Shown: positions 48,785-58,533 of the stretch, piece after piece | How positions within the stretch are numbered: position 1 is the stretch's first letter | How the letters are laid out: every line of letters begins with the position of its first letter | Origin: an uncultured virus (IMG/VR IMGVR_UViG_3300036715_002708) | Lineage: Duplodnaviria; Heunggongvirae; Uroviricota; Caudoviricetes | Strand: one strand, 5' to 3' | Length of the DNA: 64,000 bases | Virus record (IMG/VR): IMGVR_UViG_3300036715_002708 | The notes under the pieces: generated by a model | Databases searched by the model: none | Seen by the model: the letters and a program-made list of their open reading frames with translations, nothing else | Told to the model about the DNA's origin: nothing | Translations under genes and position numbers: made by a program

Positions 48785-49231
48785 ATGACTAGGTCAATAG
48801 AGATAGTGCTACCTAAAAAGTTTATTACAGCATTAAACGCCTTTGTTAAAACGCCTACTGCATCCTCATATTCTAAACTTGCGAACACGTGGAAGGTTAG
48901 GAGAATAAAATATACCTGGGACCCTGGGGAAAAGAAAAAGTGGCGGATAACTCCAGCGGGCTACAGTAGCCACGTGAGACTCCCAGTTTTAATGTGTCAG
49001 ATGTACGCAATTCCGTTCTTAGGATCCTGTACTGGCTGTCCTCTTCATGCAAATAGAGTCGGCTGTCTAGTGTATAACCTACGACATCAGAGTAATTTGA
49101 GTCATAGGGCGCTAGCTGCGATAGAACTTCAGGCTGCTCTCAAGGGGATAAAATATGCAACAGTTAGCGAAGATTTTGTACGTAGATGCACTGGAGAAAA
49201 TAGAATAGGAGAGGAAAGAACCTATGAGTGA
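48785..49231 (+). CDS. 4-Cys family protein (dispersed)
   Basis: LNAFVKTPT..C..CTGCPL..C..AAIELQA. Confidence 0.65.
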   Translation: MTRSIEIVLPKKFITALNAFVKTPTASSYSKLANTWKVRRIKYTWDPGEKKKWRITPAGYSSHVRLPVLMCQMYAIPFLGSCTGCPLHANRVGCLVYNLRHQSNLSHRALAAIELQAALKGIKYATVSEDFVRRCTGENRIGEERTYE

Positions 49232-49857
49232 ACCCCATGAAAGAGACCTGGGTCTTAGCTGATACTCATTTCGACCACGCAGCAATTCTCAAATATGCTA
49301 ACCGTCCTTTTTCTTCAGTGGAGGATATGAACGCAGCCATTGTTGAAAATTGTAAAGTAATTCACCCTGGAGATACAGTTATTATCGTTGGGGACTACGC
49401 ATGGAAGCGGCATCAACACTGGATTCACGCTATCCGTGGCAAGAAGATTTTAGTGCGTGGCAATCATGATAAAATGAACAGGGAATGTTATTCTCAATTT
49501 ACTGAGGTGCATGACATCCTGGAAAGAAACATCCACGGACAGTTTACTGTGTTCTGTCACTATGCCATGCGAGTGTGGAATAAAAGGCACTACGGCGCCT
49601 GGCACCTTTACGGCCACAGTCATGGGGCGCTAGCAGAGTATGCCAATGATATGAGCTTTGACGTAGGGGTTGATGTCTGGCAGTTTAGGCCAATTCCTTG
49701 GGAGGTAATCGTAAAGAAAATGCAGTGGAAAAAGATTCACGAGCTTGAGTTTGCTATGAACACTAATCACAAGGATACCCAAGAAATAATCAAGAAAAAC
49801 AAAGAGCTGAACCTTTTACTGTACCCTATAGCAAGTACCAATGAAAGCCAACCCTAA
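49228..49857 (+). CDS. calcineurin-like metallophosphoesterase
   Basis: DTHF.H, VGD, GNHD, HY, YGHSH, DVGVD. Confidence 0.9.
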   Translation: MNPMKETWVLADTHFDHAAILKYANRPFSSVEDMNAAIVENCKVIHPGDTVIIVGDYAWKRHQHWIHAIRGKKILVRGNHDKMNRECYSQFTEVHDILERNIHGQFTVFCHYAMRVWNKRHYGAWHLYGHSHGALAEYANDMSFDVGVDVWQFRPIPWEVIVKKMQWKKIHELEFAMNTNHKDTQEIIKKNKELNLLLYPIASTNESQP

Positions 49858-50227
49858 GACTGCACATCTGGGGCCGAACGGCGCCACGCAGTATGCCTGG
49901 GCTAACCCACAACTTTTAATTGAAACAGGAGAGAATATGAAAACATTTGAACGCGTAAGGTTGACCACATGAGAGGTCGTAAGCCGGCTGCAAAAGCTAA
50001 AACACCCGCTAATAGATTCCCGGCTCTCAAAACTGCACTTGACCAGATTCACATCGAAGTGGACCGCTCTCTTTTTCTTAACAATAGAGATGATATTGCG
50101 AGCAAAGAAGAAGCAATTGCTGTGCGTGAAGAGATTTCAGTGAGACTGTCTAGAGCTATTGAATGGATTAAACGTACCGAAGAGTTAATGTGTGGAATCA
50201 CAACCCTAAAATAAAAAGGAGGACAAG

Positions 50228-50683
50228 ATGAGAATCGGAAAAAACGTTTACCTAGTAAAGACCTTTCGTTACACAGAGCAGTTTACACATTCAAATGGGA
50301 CAAAAGGACCAGGACAACTTGTAAGGGTTAAGGGATACTTTGATGAAGATACCCCATCGGATGTCAGTCTGAAAAAACTAGAAAACGCTATCAACCGCAA
50401 CATAAATAAAAACGGTAGGGTACCACGATGGGTTGCTATTACCGAACTATGGCTTGAGGATGAGCTTGTTGGATCTGGACTCTCAGCCTGTGCCGCAACT
50501 GATAGGATTAATAAGAGAGAGGGCCTCACTAGGGCTCTGATTCGGGCTCTTAAGGAAGCAAAACTCGAAAGACATATTGAGACCATACTTCAAGAACAAA
50601 GAAGGGCTCGTGAGGTAACACGCAAAATGGCTAGAATCCAAGCCGCTAAAGAACTATTACAGAAATACGGGGAGACAGTATAG
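50228..50683 (+). CDS. hypothetical protein
   Basis: AGGAGG RBS; G.S.C...D...K.EG..RA pattern. Confidence 0.7.
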   Translation: MRIGKNVYLVKTFRYTEQFTHSNGTKGPGQLVRVKGYFDEDTPSDVSLKKLENAINRNINKNGRVPRWVAITELWLEDELVGSGLSACAATDRINKREGLTRALIRALKEAKLERHIETILQEQRRAREVTRKMARIQAAKELLQKYGETV

Positions 50684-50902
50684 TGAGCCCTGAGGCGCCA
50701 GAAGAAAATCTCAATACTAAAACCACAGAGTCAAAAGTGAAGACTGGAGTTTGCCCTAAGTGTAAAAGTGTCTTCTTATATACTGAAAAACTCTCTTGTC
50801 TAGAGCTTTACGGCATGTGCTCTTTCTGTGTAGCTAATGACGGTAACATAGTTAAATCTAGACCTCAACCCACAACAAAAAAACTTATGAGGAGGAAATA
50901 AC

Positions 50903-51499
50903 ATGGCAGGACTTATTCCGATTGTTGTCGAACAAACTGGACGCGGCGAGCGTGCATATGACATTTATTCTCGTTTGCTTAAGGATCGTATCATCTTTAT
51001 CGATGGAGACATTAACGATGAAGATGCTAACCTGGTAATTGCTCAACTTCTCTTTTTGGAAGCAGAAGACCCAGCTAAAGATATCTGGCTTTATATTAAC
51101 TCCCCTGGAGGAACAGTAACAGCCGGACTAGCTATTATAGACACCATGCAATATATCAGGCCTGATATTAACACTGTTTGCATCGGCCAGGCAGCATCTA
51201 TGGCGGCCGTTATTCTGGCTTGTGGAACAAGGGGCAAGCGGCAAGCACTCCCAAGGTCTAGAATCCTCATTCACCAGCCAAGCGGTGGTGCTGGTGGTCA
51301 AGCCGTCGATATTAAGATTCAAGCTAACGAAATTGATAGAATGGCTAAACAGCTCTATGAGCTTCTCAGTGAACAAACTGGACAAAAGTTCAGTAAAATA
51401 GAAAAAGATTGCGATCGAGATTTTGTCATGACTCCAGAACAAGCTAAGAAGTATGGAATTATTGATGGGATATTGGCGAAGCGCCCACCGATCAAATAA
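50903..51499 (+). CDS. clpP: ATP-dependent Clp protease proteolytic subunit
   Basis: [25 protein letters not shown] (catalytic Ser), IHQP, DRD. Confidence 0.97.
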   Translation: MAGLIPIVVEQTGRGERAYDIYSRLLKDRIIFIDGDINDEDANLVIAQLLFLEAEDPAKDIWLYINSPGGTVTAGLAIIDTMQYIRPDINTVCIGQAASMAAVILACGTRGKRQALPRSRILIHQPSGGAGGQAVDIKIQANEIDRMAKQLYELLSEQTGQKFSKIEKDCDRDFVMTPEQAKKYGIIDGILAKRPPIK

Positions 51500-52158
51500 T
51501 GAATAGGATTAGGATTTTCTTGTCTTCGAGCTGGCGGGCTATCTGGAAAGTTTTGATAGCCCGCTGGCCGGAGAAAATAGCTAGGCCTATAGTTAGAATT
51601 TTGTTTTTACTCTATGGAGTTATAACTATTCTATGGATCTTCGCATTATCGAATCCTCAGACACTCCAACCCCATATGGAGTCTGGTACAGTCGGACTGG
51701 CAGTTGCTACCACTTCAGATGGTATAAGTAACACATTGGCAACCGACTACAAACTAAGCAAAAATTACATAGCATATCTATTCCAAATAACTAAAAAACA
51801 TTCAAACGCTTACCACTTAGACCCTCTTCTGATCATGTCCATCATGGCTGCCGAGAGCGGCTTTCAAGTCGGAGCCACATCCAGCAAGGGTTGTGTTGGA
51901 TTGATGCAAATAAATTGGTCGATGTGGGACAAAGAGTTAAAAAGGAAGGGCATAGTTAAGAACAACATCAATATCTATGACCCCAATATAAACATTGAGG
52001 CTGGGTGTTTTATTTACAGTAGCATACTAAATAAAAACATGGGTTCTAATGACCGAGCTCTCAATGAATACTTAGGAGCCAATGGAGTTCTCTATAGACA
52101 AAACGTATATGCCACATATGGTAGGCTGAAACTAATTGCCTCCAATTGGAGCGAGTAA
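51499..52158 (+). CDS. SLT-domain lytic transglycosylase with N-terminal TM helix
   Basis: IMAAESGF..S.KG..GLMQI..DP..NI..G. Confidence 0.9.
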   Translation: MNRIRIFLSSSWRAIWKVLIARWPEKIARPIVRILFLLYGVITILWIFALSNPQTLQPHMESGTVGLAVATTSDGISNTLATDYKLSKNYIAYLFQITKKHSNAYHLDPLLIMSIMAAESGFQVGATSSKGCVGLMQINWSMWDKELKRKGIVKNNINIYDPNINIEAGCFIYSSILNKNMGSNDRALNEYLGANGVLYRQNVYATYGRLKLIASNWSE

Positions 52159-52361
52159 TGTATGCTTTTGTTGCGATGCATCATGGTAGAATTGAACACG
52201 TTAACGTGGCGACCTCCTTAGAGCAACTGTTAGAGCCATTTAGGCTTCATACTAATATGGATTGGGAGGCATATAAGAAATCCCCGGATAGCATTGACCC
52301 TGATTTATATGGCTCTGCTATTGTGGAAGCTGATGAAGTCGAATCTATTCGAGGAGGGTAA

Positions 52362-53645
52362 ATGACTCAAAGCACATCAACAAAAATTGCCCATTCCCCA
52401 GTGATAATGCCAAAAGACCTCCCAGCGCCGCCGCCATTTGCCTATTCTCCTCTTCCATCCCAAAATGATATAAATACGGCTAAACATAAGAGGCAATCGG
52501 CTCTGAATGAGTTGACTCAGCAACTCGACAACTGGGTGATATCTGCTGCAAATTTTAAATATGACGAAGACTTCTCAGACGCATTTGCTATCCTTAATGC
52601 CTTCGCTAAAAAGGCAGGGAAACTTTGGATAGCAGGTGGCTCGCTGTTAGCTCAAAAGCTAGGCAAACCAATAAATGACATTGACTTTTTTTTCTCGGAC
52701 AGACAGACTCGCTTAGCCGTGTTGGATTATCTCCTATATATGGGGTACTCTATCGAATTTGTCAGTAATAATGCAACGACACTGGTTAAAAACGGGAAGC
52801 GGCCCATTCAATTGATAAGTAACCACTATTATAATGATATGTTGGACTGTCTACTTGGGTTCGACATATCGGCTAGTCAGTTTGGACTAAGACTATTAGA
52901 AAATGGAGATATTAACGTTGTAGAGCCAAACAGGCAGGTCTTTGACATTAAAGCTAAGAAGTTTTTCTTAGTTCCTTCTTCCGTTGGTGACCCCAGAAAT
53001 ACGGTTAGGCGGCTATTGAAATATTCCAATCAATATAACATCACGCCTTTTTTCACCAAAGGAACCTACCAAGTTTTATCTCTAGCGGGTGAACTAGGAG
53101 CAAAGGATAATGAATCGTCCAAAAGTCAGTATTGCAAGGAAGACTATGCTTTCCCTATGAATCTTTCCTCGATATGGACCGCTCCATATATTGACCTTGC
53201 GTCAGGAGAGATGAAGGACGTCCTAGGAGACATGACTGACTGCTATGGAAGTGTCTATGATTTCTGGTTAGGCTTTAAACTGGCATTAGACAATAGACTG
53301 AAAGCTAATTGGAGTATGGAACATTGCACTAGCGTTGCAATGGACATGAATAACAGTTGCAATTTCTTATTCATACCTATTCACCAACGTTTTGGTTGTT
53401 GGCCAATCGTTAGTGATTTTATAAATGTAGCCCCAGACGCAGCCTATTATTTCCCGTCGCATTATCCGACGAGTGTAATTTTTAATAATGAGAGTGATTG
53501 GGGGCGGTTGGCTCAGGGTATCTATGACTTGACTACGGAAAACGACTTGGGACGAGCCATGAGCGTTCTCATGCAGCTTTCTGCGTTTCTGGATATTAAG
53601 TTACCAATGATGAGAGACATTCCATGGGATGGAGATAAGGCATGA
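52362..53645 (+). CDS. poly(A)-polymerase/CCA-like nucleotidyltransferase head plus unknown C-terminal domain
   Basis: IAGGSL..NDIDFFF..IQLI..FDIS.SQ..R..KY. Confidence 0.75.
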   Translation: MTQSTSTKIAHSPVIMPKDLPAPPPFAYSPLPSQNDINTAKHKRQSALNELTQQLDNWVISAANFKYDEDFSDAFAILNAFAKKAGKLWIAGGSLLAQKLGKPINDIDFFFSDRQTRLAVLDYLLYMGYSIEFVSNNATTLVKNGKRPIQLISNHYYNDMLDCLLGFDISASQFGLRLLENGDINVVEPNRQVFDIKAKKFFLVPSSVGDPRNTVRRLLKYSNQYNITPFFTKGTYQVLSLAGELGAKDNESSKSQYCKEDYAFPMNLSSIWTAPYIDLASGEMKDVLGDMTDCYGSVYDFWLGFKLALDNRLKANWSMEHCTSVAMDMNNSCNFLFIPIHQRFGCWPIVSDFINVAPDAAYYFPSHYPTSVIFNNESDWGRLAQGIYDLTTENDLGRAMSVLMQLSAFLDIKLPMMRDIPWDGDKA

Positions 53646-54127
53646 TTATCGAAGATATCACTGCCCTAGAAGAAAAGTTTAAGGAAGAAATGATACGCCG
53701 GTGTCCCAATGCTCATAATCCAATTGTTAAAATTGGAGTAGAGCTCAAATCTTCTATCAATACCCCTAGCAGCAAGGAAATTGAAAACATACTCGTTAAC
53801 ATTCAATCAGACGAATATTATATTCAAGTCGGAGTTATGATAGACGTGAACCGCCGAGGGGATACAAAACAACAGTTTAACATTACGACTTGGCCATTAA
53901 ACGAACGAGCGGTCAAAGAAGAAACTGTGCAGCTAAGCGATATCGTTGGGTTCCGTCTTACGTTTAGTTCTCCAGCATATTGTGTTCGGCAGTTTGAGAG
54001 CAACGGAAAGGACATTAACATTAGTTCAATCGTGGAAAACATTAATAGGCAAATAGAAATGCTACAAGCGGTTGAGCAACTCCAACAGATCGTTAGGGGG
54101 ATTATCCCAACGGCGGAGACAACATGA
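53642..54127 (+). CDS. hypothetical protein
   Basis: Start/stop overlap with neighbours. Confidence 0.7.
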   Translation: MIIEDITALEEKFKEEMIRRCPNAHNPIVKIGVELKSSINTPSSKEIENILVNIQSDEYYIQVGVMIDVNRRGDTKQQFNITTWPLNERAVKEETVQLSDIVGFRLTFSSPAYCVRQFESNGKDINISSIVENINRQIEMLQAVEQLQQIVRGIIPTAETT

Positions 54128-54990
54128 AGACAAATAAGATGACTATGTTCATCCAGACCAACCATGGGAAAAAGAATATTGACGACAACGTAATGAGGTG
54201 GAATGATGAACTTGCCCGCATTTCTGCCATAAAGGAGCCTGTCGACGCTTGGACGAAAGCCGTAAAGACTGCCATTCTTAACCCTAGTATATGGAAATTG
54301 TTAGGCTATTATTCGGGAACGGTAGAGGAAAGGGAAGTAGCACCAGCATTCCTACTTTCAGGACTCGAATACGTTATGATTGTTTTAGGCTTAGATAAAA
54401 ACGACGTGGCCGAGATGGAAGTAAGCGTTTCCTCCCGTAGGTGGAAAAGTACTGGGACTCAGCCTCTAGAATGGAAATTATATGTTCAATTCGGAGACGG
54501 TATTTCTCCATCTGAAGGGAAAGAGGAGAATGGGGGCTATTTAGACTTGCAACTTATCTTTAAGCAGAGGCGACGGACTGTGGAGCTTGCAGAGATAAGC
54601 GCAAAATGCAATTTAGATTTCAACATTCCCGATTTTCTTGGTTGTAATATACAACTCATGATTAATAGCCAATTCTACCAGTCTGAGGGTAAGATGTTTC
54701 GTAATTTTAATGGGGATCAGATTGCAGTAGGAAACCCAGACATTGAGAAATTTAAAAGTACTATCCTTGCTTCTAAGTGTTGTAACAGTAAAGCTGTGAC
54801 TGATATCTTTAAGGGGTTCAAGTCAAGCATGGGAAGTACGCAGTCTTCCCTGGTTAAAGGAACCCTCTTGAGTCTTTCTGGTATTAAGGAGAAGTCCGCT
54901 GAAGTGATTAGGGTTAGTGACAAAGAAGTCCATGTAGGTATGCCCCACTCCTATAGCTCTTATGGTAATGTATTTATAATTAAGTTTTAA
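54124..54990 (+). CDS. hypothetical protein
   Basis: 288 aa, translationally coupled. Confidence 0.75.
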   Translation: MKTNKMTMFIQTNHGKKNIDDNVMRWNDELARISAIKEPVDAWTKAVKTAILNPSIWKLLGYYSGTVEEREVAPAFLLSGLEYVMIVLGLDKNDVAEMEVSVSSRRWKSTGTQPLEWKLYVQFGDGISPSEGKEENGGYLDLQLIFKQRRRTVELAEISAKCNLDFNIPDFLGCNIQLMINSQFYQSEGKMFRNFNGDQIAVGNPDIEKFKSTILASKCCNSKAVTDIFKGFKSSMGSTQSSLVKGTLLSLSGIKEKSAEVIRVSDKEVHVGMPHSYSSYGNVFIIKF

Positions 54991-55003
54991 TTCAGGAGGA
55001 ATC

Positions 55004-56296
55004 ATGGAAAGCAAAGTTAGAACAAGATATATCGTTATTATCCCTAGGGGAGCAGGAAGTATACAATACGTGGCAATGAACGCTATTGTCGGTACATTCT
55101 ATAGTAGCGGGGCCAACAATAAGATATATGACTCTTTAGAGTTAATATTCCCAGGAGCTTATAAGCCTTTCCCAGAGAAAAGAGAGCTCATAGCTAAAGT
55201 TGCCGTGGAGGCCCTGTCATACGCTCGCAATGTTCGCATTAAATATACTAATTGCGAAGCAGACGATGACGATCGTCACAGAATGGTGATTTTGGCTATT
55301 GCGAGTCATACGAAAAATAAGGACGTTTCTCATCTAGTTGTGCTGGAGAAATACCTTTCGGAAAAAGATATTATGGACCTTCCAACAACAGACAGCTCTA
55401 GGCATCGCACCTCGCCTGTCGGGATGGGGAACGTTCAGGGTGGCCCATCACAACAGCAGCAGCAATCGACTGGGTATATTTATATGCCTAAGAACGATAT
55501 CCCTTTAATACTCAATAAGCACGAAGCCATGGTTCTTGATGATGTCCTTAACGCAATAGTTAATCGCAAAAGAATTTTTGAAGACTATGGCCTAAACCAG
55601 GTGATGGATACTAACAGCATGTGTTTCTTGTTTCATGGCGCTCCTGGAACCGGAAAGACACAGGCTGCAAAGTATATAGCTAAGAAACTTAACATGCCTC
55701 TACTTGTGGTGGACCATAGTCAAATTGTTGATAAGTATGTTGGAGAAACTGAAAAGCGCATTGCTGAAGTTTTCAAGCGCGCAGAGCAGGAAAAGTGTAT
55801 TCTCTTCTTTGATGAAGCCGACTCTTTGCTTGGGGCGCGCAGCGGAGCCGAGCACTCCTGGGAGATAAGCAAAGTTAACTCTCTTCTACAATCAATGGAA
55901 ACATTTAACGGTGTAGCTATTTTTGCTACTAACTATGCGTCACAGTTAGACCAAGCTGTTAATAGACGACTGTTGATGAAGGTAAACTTTGAACTCCCCG
56001 ACCAAGAGGAGAGGGCTAAGATTTGGGAAGCTCTACTACCCGCTAAAATCCCCAAAGACCCGCTTGATTTTAAGGCTCTTGGTAAATATTTTATGACTGG
56101 AGGAGAGATTAAAAACGCTATTATCTCTGCTACAGTAGAAGTAGCTAAAACAAATGCCAAACTAAACATGGATACTCTAAACAAAATGGCAGCTAAAGTA
56201 ATCGGGGAACGTCTCTTCGACCCATACAAAGAAGCCGACAAGGAGAGGTCTAAGAGAAGCCTCGGTTTTACTAATGTTCCCATGGAGCTCAAGTGA
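55004..56296 (+). CDS. AAA+ ATPase (classical Cdc48/FtsH-like clade)
   Basis: GAPGTGKT, KYVGETEK, FFDEAD, ATN..LD.A..RR. Confidence 0.92.
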   Translation: MESKVRTRYIVIIPRGAGSIQYVAMNAIVGTFYSSGANNKIYDSLELIFPGAYKPFPEKRELIAKVAVEALSYARNVRIKYTNCEADDDDRHRMVILAIASHTKNKDVSHLVVLEKYLSEKDIMDLPTTDSSRHRTSPVGMGNVQGGPSQQQQQSTGYIYMPKNDIPLILNKHEAMVLDDVLNAIVNRKRIFEDYGLNQVMDTNSMCFLFHGAPGTGKTQAAKYIAKKLNMPLLVVDHSQIVDKYVGETEKRIAEVFKRAEQEKCILFFDEADSLLGARSGAEHSWEISKVNSLLQSMETFNGVAIFATNYASQLDQAVNRRLLMKVNFELPDQEERAKIWEALLPAKIPKDPLDFKALGKYFMTGGEIKNAIISATVEVAKTNAKLNMDTLNKMAAKVIGERLFDPYKEADKERSKRSLGFTNVPMELK

Positions 56297-56943
56297 TTGA
56301 GAAAAATTGGTCCATCGATAAAAGCACTACGCTTAAGAAGATAATCAACGAAATAGCCACTATAATTTTCAATGAGGTCCATACTTTCATTGCCGATGAT
56401 AACGGATTAAACACTAAAAAGAAAATAGCTGATTACATTACCGACGCCCTTAAACATGACGATTTTATTACAGTAGAGTATGTTCGTGCCGACTGCACCG
56501 TCGCATACCACATAGCTAAAACCTATGGCAATCGGATTACCTTTAGTAGTGCCTTTGACTTTCCCGTGTCTAAGACAATGGAAAACGCTGGGTCATATTC
56601 TATTAAGTTTGACCTAGACGAACAGTCAATCTGCATTGACACCTCCAAGGCAAATGGAATTATTCAACTCTACGGAGCAGTTAACGGGATGATTGAAAGC
56701 ATGTCCTCGTTTAATTCTGGAACCTCTGCTCCTGCAAAAGTAAGTGAGCTCTATAAGGTCATGGAGGAAAGCGGATTTGCGCTAGAAGGAGATAAAACCT
56801 GGACTAAGAAATGGCAGACGGAATACGGTCCAATCACTCTACACTTAAATTATAAAAATGATCTTACTGCTCTTACTGAACAAGATGTTTGTGCTGCTCA
56901 GTTAATCACAACTATTCTGGAGACCTTAAAGGTGAAATCATGA
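56293..56943 (+). CDS. hypothetical protein
   Basis: 216 aa, coupled. Confidence 0.7.
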   Translation: MIEKNWSIDKSTTLKKIINEIATIIFNEVHTFIADDNGLNTKKKIADYITDALKHDDFITVEYVRADCTVAYHIAKTYGNRITFSSAFDFPVSKTMENAGSYSIKFDLDEQSICIDTSKANGIIQLYGAVNGMIESMSSFNSGTSAPAKVSELYKVMEESGFALEGDKTWTKKWQTEYGPITLHLNYKNDLTALTEQDVCAAQLITTILETLKVKS

Positions 56944-57239
56944 CTGAAAACGAAATCAAGCCCATAGAAGAACAGAAAACCGTTGTTAACGAAGTAGAAA
57001 TTGTTTTGCAGAAGTTCCAAGATACCTCCAATATCTACTTCTGTAGTGAGTGCCGCAAGTTTATTAGACCAGACGTAGAAAAGGGAGAGTTCTTTTGGTA
57101 TGTTCCATTGACGGGAGCGACTCTATGTGGGACTGGTAGCTGCAAGCGGACTCATATGAGAAAGCTTCTCAAAAAAATTAGGCAGGCTGAAAATGTTGAC
57201 CTAACAAAAAAAGAAGAAGACCCATCGGACGAGACCTGA
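56940..57239 (+). CDS. small Cys-containing hypothetical protein
   Basis: CSEC..CGTGSC. Confidence 0.65.
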   Translation: MTENEIKPIEEQKTVVNEVEIVLQKFQDTSNIYFCSECRKFIRPDVEKGEFFWYVPLTGATLCGTGSCKRTHMRKLLKKIRQAENVDLTKKEEDPSDET

Positions 57240-57346
57240 ATATACCTTATCCCGCCAACTGTATTAGCACCTATCCACTCAATCACTTATATCGTTAAAT
57301 CACCCAACAGTTACTTAACCCGTAGTACTGAAAAAGGAGAGAAATT

Positions 57347-58447
57347 ATGAAGATGAATATCGAAGACGCTAAGGCCGCAATCAAGTCACTCGACGTTACT
57401 ATTCCAGTTTTCCTGTGGGGACCCCCTGGAGTGGGAAAGTCTGCACTTGTGAAGCAGCTTGCCGAGGAAGTCGGAATGGGATTCAAAGATGTCCGCCTCA
57501 CTACCATTGACCCAACTGACCTTCGAGGTCTGCCATATATTTATGAGGGCAGGGCGTATTGGGCAAACCCAGTAATCTTGCCACAGAGGGCAGACGAAAA
57601 GAACGGAATAAAGGGAGATGAGGAACATGGATATTTGCTCTTAGATGAATTGAATTCTGCTCACACTACCATTCAGGCTGGCGCCTATCAGTTGGTGCTT
57701 GACCGTAGGGTTGGTGAATATATTCTTCCCGATGGGTGGCGCATTATCGCTGCCGGTAACAGAGAAGAGGACCGTGGTGTTACTTTCCAGATGCCTCGCC
57801 CCCTACAGAATAGATTTGTCCATATTGAGATTGAGGTTGACAAAAAGATCTGGGTCAATTGGGCCATGAAGTCTGGAGTGTCACCAACTGTTATAGCTTT
57901 TATTGAGTCCCAACCTGGAATGCTTAACCCGCAGGATAAGGATAAAACGAAAAAGGCTTTCCCCACTCCTCGCACCTGGGAGTATTCCAGCCGTATTATT
58001 GAAACGGTAAAGAATGAAGACTTACTCATCCCATTGCTCCAGGGCACTATTGGAGATGCGGCAAGCCACCAATTTGTAAGTTTCCTTAAGCTGCGCCACA
58101 AGCTTCCAAATCTGGACAAGATTTTTGCTGGAAAGCAGGAGGAGTTGCCAACTGAGACCTCTCTTCAGTATGCTTTTTATGCTGCCCTTTGTGGCAAAGT
58201 GGATGATTTGGTCAAGGAAAAGGGCATCACTAAGCTCACTAAAGATGATAAGTTTATCGGTGGTTTGGTATATTGCATCACCAAATTGGAAAGAGAGTTT
58301 GTAGAGCTTATCGTTCGTCATCTTTCTGAAAGGCAGGGTCAGCTTTTTGTCTCTATAATCAAAACCGCACCCGCTCTCGCAAAAGAACTCACTAAAATGT
58401 ATGGTGAGATGATGACGGTTAGCATGAAATTCGGTGGTGGGAAATAG
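57347..58447 (+). CDS. MoxR/dynein-related AAA ATPase
   Basis: GPPGVGKS, LLDELN, AAGNR, NRF, TPRTW. Confidence 0.92.
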   Translation: MKMNIEDAKAAIKSLDVTIPVFLWGPPGVGKSALVKQLAEEVGMGFKDVRLTTIDPTDLRGLPYIYEGRAYWANPVILPQRADEKNGIKGDEEHGYLLLDELNSAHTTIQAGAYQLVLDRRVGEYILPDGWRIIAAGNREEDRGVTFQMPRPLQNRFVHIEIEVDKKIWVNWAMKSGVSPTVIAFIESQPGMLNPQDKDKTKKAFPTPRTWEYSSRIIETVKNEDLLIPLLQGTIGDAASHQFVSFLKLRHKLPNLDKIFAGKQEELPTETSLQYAFYAALCGKVDDLVKEKGITKLTKDDKFIGGLVYCITKLEREFVELIVRHLSERQGQLFVSIIKTAPALAKELTKMYGEMMTVSMKFGGGK

Positions 58448-58450
58448 AAC

Positions 58451-58497
58451 GGTTTGGTGCTATATTTAAGGGAGTGGGAATTACCCCACTCCCTTTA
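58451..58497 (+). promoter_or_regulatory. GGTTTGRTGYTATATTTA box plus GC hairpin (copy 2)
   Basis: AAGGGAGTGGG..CCCACTCCCTT; matches 42499-42545. Confidence 0.55.
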
Positions 58498-58533
58498 ACT
58501 GGGTGTTAGCTGAAGTAGATATAGGAGTTAAAA

